From Candidatus Hodarchaeota archaeon (GTDB taxonomy: Archaea; Asgardarchaeota; Lokiarchaeia; Sigyniarchaeales; SOKP01): a stretch of DNA of 64,000 nt. The notes under the pieces were generated by a model. That model saw nothing but the letters and a program-made list of their open reading frames with translations, was not told the DNA's origin and did no database searches. Made by a program: the position numbers and the translations under genes. Every line of letters begins with the position of its first letter. Within the stretch, counting starts at the first letter, position 1. The stretch lies in NCBI GenBank assembly GCA_048886685.1, contig JBHLKM010000017.1, positions 1 through 64,000 of the forward strand, in the 5' to 3' direction. Shown here in pieces: positions 59,142-64,000 of the stretch.

Positions 59142-60296
59142 TCAATCAATCATGTTCCTAGAAGGACTATATCGGATAAAAAATAATATCAATATTGCAA
59201 TTGCCATAATTGAGATACTAATTAAAAAAATCATAATTATTTCTATATAGAGTATATCTATATCCTCATTCCAACGATAGTTGCCTTCATATATATAACC
59301 AGATGAATTTAAATAAATATTATAAATAAATTGTTCTACAGTTCTCCCAGTTATTTCTAAACTGTTATCTGAAATATATGTTATATTATCTTGGGTTGTA
59401 TGATGGTAAGGCCAACCTGGATTATCCCAAAAGTTTATGATCAGATCCGCTGAGGGGATTCCAATGTTAACAAATGCCCTGTGATCATCTATAATCTGAT
59501 TCCTCTCAGGATTAGAGGGAAATTGACTAGAATACCCTAATGCTCTACCAACAGCAAATAACTCATCTAATAATGAGGAAGTAGAATATTGTTCATTTAT
59601 AAATCGTAAATTTATCCCTCCTACCATATCAAAAAGTATCATACAATCAAAAAGTTCAGTTCCTGGATCATAATAATTATTAATGTTATCAACAAATCTC
59701 GTAGAACCTTCACACCAACTCCATCCATCTATTCCATAACCGCCATTATCTGCACCTTGATCCTCAGCATCAAAAAACAAAAACCATACTTGACAAGATA
59801 AATTTTCCTTAGATTGATATAATACTTTAGCTAATTCGATCAAAACAGCAGATCCACTCGCACCATCATTTGCGCCTGGTACAGGATCAGATCTATTTGG
59901 AACATTAGGATCTTTTGTAGCTTTTGCACGTGAATCATAATGTGCCCCTAATATGACAATATTACTATTATTTTGGTTTAATTTAAATAGAACATTCTGA
60001 CATTCGGTTGAATGAATTGTAAAATTGTGTAAAAAATAGATTATATTTGGATCTATCTCTTTAAATTTAGTAACAAAGTAGCTAGCACAATTAATTCTTT
60101 CTGGTGTTCCAGGAATTCTAAATCCTATATCTAGCTGATCTTGTACGTACTCATAAGCATTATTACCATTAAATTTCAATTCAACATCAACATTTTGAAT
60201 TTTTAAGGTGGGTAATGAAAGATATGGTAGATAATAAGATCCAATCCCTAACAAGATGAAAATTAATGGGATTAAAACCTTAAATTGCTGTCTAAT
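59142..60296 (-). CDS. M28 family peptidase / glutaminyl cyclase-like, membrane anchored; probable ATT start at 60296 (track start TTG 60254)
   Basis: GAHYDSR, GANDGASG, FFDAED, DMVGG, DDH, HHTTQD; C-terminal TM; the upstream in-frame extension IRQQFKVLIPLIFI completes an N-terminal signal/anchor. Confidence 0.85.
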   Translation of the reverse strand: MRQQFKVLIPLIFILLGIGSYYLPYLSLPTLKIQNVDVELKFNGNNAYEYVQDQLDIGFRIPGTPERINCASYFVTKFKEIDPNIIYFLHNFTIHSTECQNVLFKLNQNNSNIVILGAHYDSRAKATKDPNVPNRSDPVPGANDGASGSAVLIELAKVLYQSKENLSCQVWFLFFDAEDQGADNGGYGIDGWSWCEGSTRFVDNINNYYDPGTELFDCMILFDMVGGINLRFINEQYSTSSLLDELFAVGRALGYSSQFPSNPERNQIIDDHRAFVNIGIPSADLIINFWDNPGWPYHHTTQDNITYISDNSLEITGRTVEQFIYNIYLNSSGYIYEGNYRWNEDIDILYIEIIMIFLISISIMAIAILILFFIRYSPSRNMID

Positions 60297-60403
60297 AACG
60301 AATCACCAAAATACGAGAAATCTTAAGAGTATTCTCATACTATATTTTTCTATATATAATATTTTTTTTAAGTTATTACTAATAAATAAAGGGGATCTAT
60401 AAA

Positions 60404-62434
60404 GTGAGTAAAGAAGGTTCTGAATTGAATTTATCGGAATTAGCTTTTATGGATAATACTTTAGAATTAGAAAAAAGAGTGGAAGATTTATTAGAACGAT
60501 TGACATTACAAGAAAAATTTAATTTATGCTCTGGGAGAGATTGGTGGTATACAAATCCGATAGAAAGATTAGGAATTCGATCGTTTGCAATGCACGATGG
60601 ACCTCATGGTGTTCGAGTTGATAGGGAAGGAAAGGTTAATTGTACTTATTTTCCTTCAGCTATATGTAGAACTGCCACCTGGAATCTAGATTTATCTGAA
60701 AAATTTGGAGTTGCTATAGCACAAGAAATACGAGACGTTGGAGCTCACATGATACTTGCTCCAGGAATTAATATTCAAAGAACCCCTATGTGTGGCCGCA
60801 CTTTTGAGTATCAAACAGAAGATCCATATTTAAATAAAAAAACTGCGGTTGCTGTCGTAAAGGGAGTTCAAAGTCAGAGAATTGCTGCTTGTATAAAACA
60901 TTTCATATGTAATAATCAAGAAACAAACCGATTTGCTGTAAGTTCAGAAGTTAGTGAAAGAGCTTTACAGGAGATATACTACCCAGCCTTCAAGGCCGCA
61001 ATACAAGAAGCGGATGCATGGTCAGTAATGAGTTGTTATAACAAACTTAATGGAATTTATAGTGCAGAAAATAAGCATCTTTTAAAAGAAGTTTTGATGA
61101 ATGAATGGAGATTTAGAGGATTTGTAGTTACTGACTGGACCGCCACGAGATGGGTAACTACCACAGAAAGTTGCGTAAATGCAGGATTAACACTTGAAAT
61201 GCCAGCGGCGATTAAGTATAGTGTTTCAAATTTGTCCCGAGCTTACAAGGAAGGAAAATTTACCCTAGAAACATTTAATGAAAATGTAAAACGTTTGTTG
61301 CGTGTAATGTTTCTTGTGGGGCTTTTTGATAAGGAAAATACTTTACCAAAAGGAAATCGAAACACCCTTGAACACCAAGCCTTAACTCGTGAAATCGCTG
61401 AAGAGGGGATAGTACTTTTAAAAAATACTGGAAACCTTCTTCCACTAGATCTGGGAAAAGTGAAAAAAATTGCAGTTATAGGGCCTACTGCAAATAAGAG
61501 AACGTACATAGGCGGAGGTAGCTCTGCGAATTTTCCACCATACGAGGTTAAACCAATTCGAGGGATAAAAGAAAAGTGTAAAGAACAAGCGGAGATAATT
61601 ACCTCGCCCTCAGAAGCAGATATAACACTATTATTTGTAGGATTACAACATAAAGAGGGAGAAGATGCTGAGCATTGGGACAAAAAATCTTTTGGTCTAC
61701 CTTCGAATCAAATTGATCTTATAAAAAAAACAGTTAAAGAAAATCCAAACACTATAGTAATTAATACTAGTGGTAGTCCAGTATCCATGGTTGAATGGAT
61801 TCATAAGGTTCCCGCAGTTTTACAGGCGTGGTATAGCGGAATGGAAGGGGGAAATGCCATTACTGCCATAATTTTTGGAGATGTGAATCCCTCGGGTAAA
61901 CTTCCTATAACATTTCCTAAAAAACTTTCAGATTCACCTGCACATGCTTCAGAGCGTACTTATCCCGGCGACGAGAAGGTCTTTTATGAGGAGGGTATCT
62001 TTATAGGATATCGCCATTTTGATATAAAGAACATTGAACCACTCTTTCCGTTCGGTCATGGATTATCTTACACCAATTTCACGTATAAAAACCTTGAAAC
62101 AAGCCACGACAAGGTGTCAGGCGAGGAGAAATTTTATATAACACTAGATGTTGCGAATACAGGTGAACATTTTGGAGCAGAAGTTGTTCAATTATATATC
62201 CAAGATGTTGAATGTAGTGTAGAAAGACCACTCAAAGAACTAAAAGGATTTAAAAAGATTAAATTAAAACCAAATGAGAAGAAATCTGTTAAATTTGAAT
62301 TAACTAAAGAAGATCTCTCCTTTTTTGATGAAAAAAGTAATGACTGGAAAGTTGAGAAAGGGAAATTCAATATTCTTATAGGAAGTTCATCAAGAGATAT
62401 TAGGTTAAAAGGGGAGATTGAATATCTAGGTTAG
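60404..62434 (+). CDS. GH3 beta-glucosidase with C-terminal Fn3-like domain
   Basis: DGPHGVR, APGINIQR, KHF, VVTDW (nucleophile), IVLLKN, PSGKLP, FPFGHGLSYT, ELKGF. Confidence 0.95.
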   Translation: MSKEGSELNLSELAFMDNTLELEKRVEDLLERLTLQEKFNLCSGRDWWYTNPIERLGIRSFAMHDGPHGVRVDREGKVNCTYFPSAICRTATWNLDLSEKFGVAIAQEIRDVGAHMILAPGINIQRTPMCGRTFEYQTEDPYLNKKTAVAVVKGVQSQRIAACIKHFICNNQETNRFAVSSEVSERALQEIYYPAFKAAIQEADAWSVMSCYNKLNGIYSAENKHLLKEVLMNEWRFRGFVVTDWTATRWVTTTESCVNAGLTLEMPAAIKYSVSNLSRAYKEGKFTLETFNENVKRLLRVMFLVGLFDKENTLPKGNRNTLEHQALTREIAEEGIVLLKNTGNLLPLDLGKVKKIAVIGPTANKRTYIGGGSSANFPPYEVKPIRGIKEKCKEQAEIITSPSEADITLLFVGLQHKEGEDAEHWDKKSFGLPSNQIDLIKKTVKENPNTIVINTSGSPVSMVEWIHKVPAVLQAWYSGMEGGNAITAIIFGDVNPSGKLPITFPKKLSDSPAHASERTYPGDEKVFYEEGIFIGYRHFDIKNIEPLFPFGHGLSYTNFTYKNLETSHDKVSGEEKFYITLDVANTGEHFGAEVVQLYIQDVECSVERPLKELKGFKKIKLKPNEKKSVKFELTKEDLSFFDEKSNDWKVEKGKFNILIGSSSRDIRLKGEIEYLG

Positions 62435-62494
62435 AATCCGTTATAAAATGGAGTAAGAACAAAAAATATATAAAAGAAAAAAGAGGATGATTTT

Positions 62495-63628
62495 TTGCCC
62501 TTAAAAATGCATGAAAATGAAACAATGACTCCCAGAGAAAGGGTAGAAACAGCACTAGCGATTAAAGAGCCTGATCGTGTTCCTTTTACCCCAGCATTTC
62601 ATTGTGCTCAGGCGAGATTAACAGGCATGACAATTGAGGAGTTTTTTTTTGATATACCAAAATCTTTTGAGGCTACAAAAAAAGTATGGGAAATGTTTGG
62701 TGGTTTTGATATTTATTCAGGCTGTTCTCCTATACTTGGCTATTATGCACCAATACCTAATTCCCACAGTCAATTTTATTTCGATTGGACACTTCCAAAA
62801 GGAAATATTCCAGAACAAATGCATGAAAGGGAATTAATGAAACGGGAAGATTATGATCTCGTAATTAATCAGGGATTTGGTCCATTTAAGAGGAGACCTG
62901 AGCTTCAAAATGATTTCGGTAGAATTATAACAGAATTTTCTAAATTGGATATCGCAGTTTGGCTTAAAGAAATGGATGTCATGAATCTTTCGGATGCATT
63001 TATCGAGCCCCCCGTTGATATGATATCGTTTTTAAGAAGTTTTAATAAATTCTTAATTGATGTAGTTGAAATTCCTGAAAAGGTTGTAGAGGCTTGTGAA
63101 ACCACTGAGGAGGAACTGTTAAATTCATTAGATGTCCAGTTTCAGGCTTTTAAACGTAAAGATCTTACACAAATGTGTTTATTCGGTTTTTCTAGAATTG
63201 CTACAAATTTCATATCTCCTAAAAAATTTGAATTATTCTGGCCTCATATTAAAAGAATTACTGAATATATTCTTAAGAATGATTTTATTGTACAATATCA
63301 CATAGATAATGATTATACAGATGTATTGGAATATTTTACAGAATTTCCCAAAGGTAAAATTATGTTTCATTTGGATCTAACAGATATATTCAAAGCTAAA
63401 GAAATTTTAGGTGATAGAGCATGCCTTATGGGAAATGTTCCTCCACAAATAACTGGTAAAGGCACTCCTAAAGAAGTTGAAGATTATTGTAAGAAACAAA
63501 TAGAGGAATGTATGGAAGGAGGGGGGTATATGTTGGGTTCTTCGTGTGTATTACCAGATGAAATCCCAGCAGTAAATCTAAAAGCTATGAAAGACTGTGT
63601 AATGAAATACGGTTTCTATAGAAGATAA
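62495..63628 (+). CDS. UroD/MtaA-family protein (probable corrinoid-dependent methyltransferase)
   Basis: PRERV...EPDRVP, ISPKKF, YHIDN, GNVPP, GGGYMLGSSC; immediately followed by a corrinoid protein. Confidence 0.8.
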   Translation: MPLKMHENETMTPRERVETALAIKEPDRVPFTPAFHCAQARLTGMTIEEFFFDIPKSFEATKKVWEMFGGFDIYSGCSPILGYYAPIPNSHSQFYFDWTLPKGNIPEQMHERELMKREDYDLVINQGFGPFKRRPELQNDFGRIITEFSKLDIAVWLKEMDVMNLSDAFIEPPVDMISFLRSFNKFLIDVVEIPEKVVEACETTEEELLNSLDVQFQAFKRKDLTQMCLFGFSRIATNFISPKKFELFWPHIKRITEYILKNDFIVQYHIDNDYTDVLEYFTEFPKGKIMFHLDLTDIFKAKEILGDRACLMGNVPPQITGKGTPKEVEDYCKKQIEECMEGGGYMLGSSCVLPDEIPAVNLKAMKDCVMKYGFYRR

Positions 63629-63659
63629 AGTATTTGAACTAATAGTAAGGTGTTTGGTG

Positions 63660-64000
63660 ATGAACAAAGAATTAGTAAATGCAATGGTAGATTTAGACAG
63701 AAATAAAGTATTAGAAATTGTGAAAGAAGAAATAAATTCAGGAACTGATCCATTAAGAATAATAGATTGGCTCTCTGAAGGGGTTAAAATTGTAGGTGAA
63801 TATTTTGAGAAAAAAGAATATTTCTTAGCAGAATTAATTACTAGTGGTGATATTTTTGAAAATGCTTTTCTAGAATTAAAACCTATTTTAGAAAAGAGTG
63901 ATCTTGTCCCTCAAAGTAAAGGAAAAATTGTAATTGGAACAGTTCAAGGAGATGTTCATGACATTGGTAAGAATATTGTAAAAACTATATTAATAGCATC
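63660..64000 (+). CDS. Corrinoid (B12-binding) methyltransferase cognate protein, partial
   Basis: Hand translation MNKELVNAMVDLDRNKVLEIVKEEINSGTDPLRII...VGEYFEKKEYFLAEL...GTVQGDVHDIGKNIV (DxHxxG); AAGGTG upstream; runs off the window. Confidence 0.92.
   Translation, partial: MNKELVNAMVDLDRNKVLEIVKEEINSGTDPLRIIDWLSEGVKIVGEYFEKKEYFLAELITSGDIFENAFLELKPILEKSDLVPQSKGKIVIGTVQGDVHDIGKNIVKTILIA

Noticed and set aside
3400-63105. Many 60-146-aa track ORFs overlapping longer genes (e.g. 3400-3825, 9501-9788, 27762-28070, 32174-32512, 53929-54192, 61243-61683)
   Set aside because: Antisense or alternate-frame shadows of well-supported genes, with no motifs of their own.
1-64000. rRNA, tRNA, CRISPR arrays, IS elements, integrases, selenoprotein readthrough
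   Set aside because: No GC-rich structured RNA-like segment, repeat-spacer array, transposase/integrase motif or TGA-split conserved gene was seen by eye; tRNAscan-SE/Infernal would be needed to exclude small RNAs.

Overview
Very AT-rich (roughly 30% GC by eye), densely coding archaeal chromosome segment. The gene content points to an Asgard archaeon, most likely Lokiarchaeia/Promethearchaeota; this is an inference from a single-domain gelsolin, a TM-anchored longin-like protein, a degenerate Ras-like protein, Alba, a Sec11-type signal peptidase and Trm5/Taw2. Housekeeping genes include a nurA-herA-mre11-rad50 repair operon, a UvrD/PcrA helicase, Nth, two tRNA methyltransferases, a short histone next to Alba, proteases, lipid/acyl-CoA enzymes, a GH3 glucosidase and a UroD/MtaA-family plus corrinoid pair. 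I saw no rRNA, tRNA, CRISPR array, transposase or integrase. The most interesting signals are: (i) a 2.6-10.9 kb block with three stand-alone 7TM proteins around a Ras-like pseudo-GTPase, a C2-like protein and a Ca/Na antiporter; (ii) a cytoplasmic IFT52/GIFT-RHH fusion; (iii) a mu-homology-domain-like protein; (iv) a receptor-like ectodomain-TM-longin protein; (v) an HD hydrolase + Pol-beta nucleotidyltransferase pair upstream of a two-component system with an RHH-pseudoHisKA-REC regulator; (vi) a SIR2-TPR protein; (vii) two genes that appear to start at ATT behind Shine-Dalgarno motifs. All domain calls were made by eye from motifs; no database searches were run.
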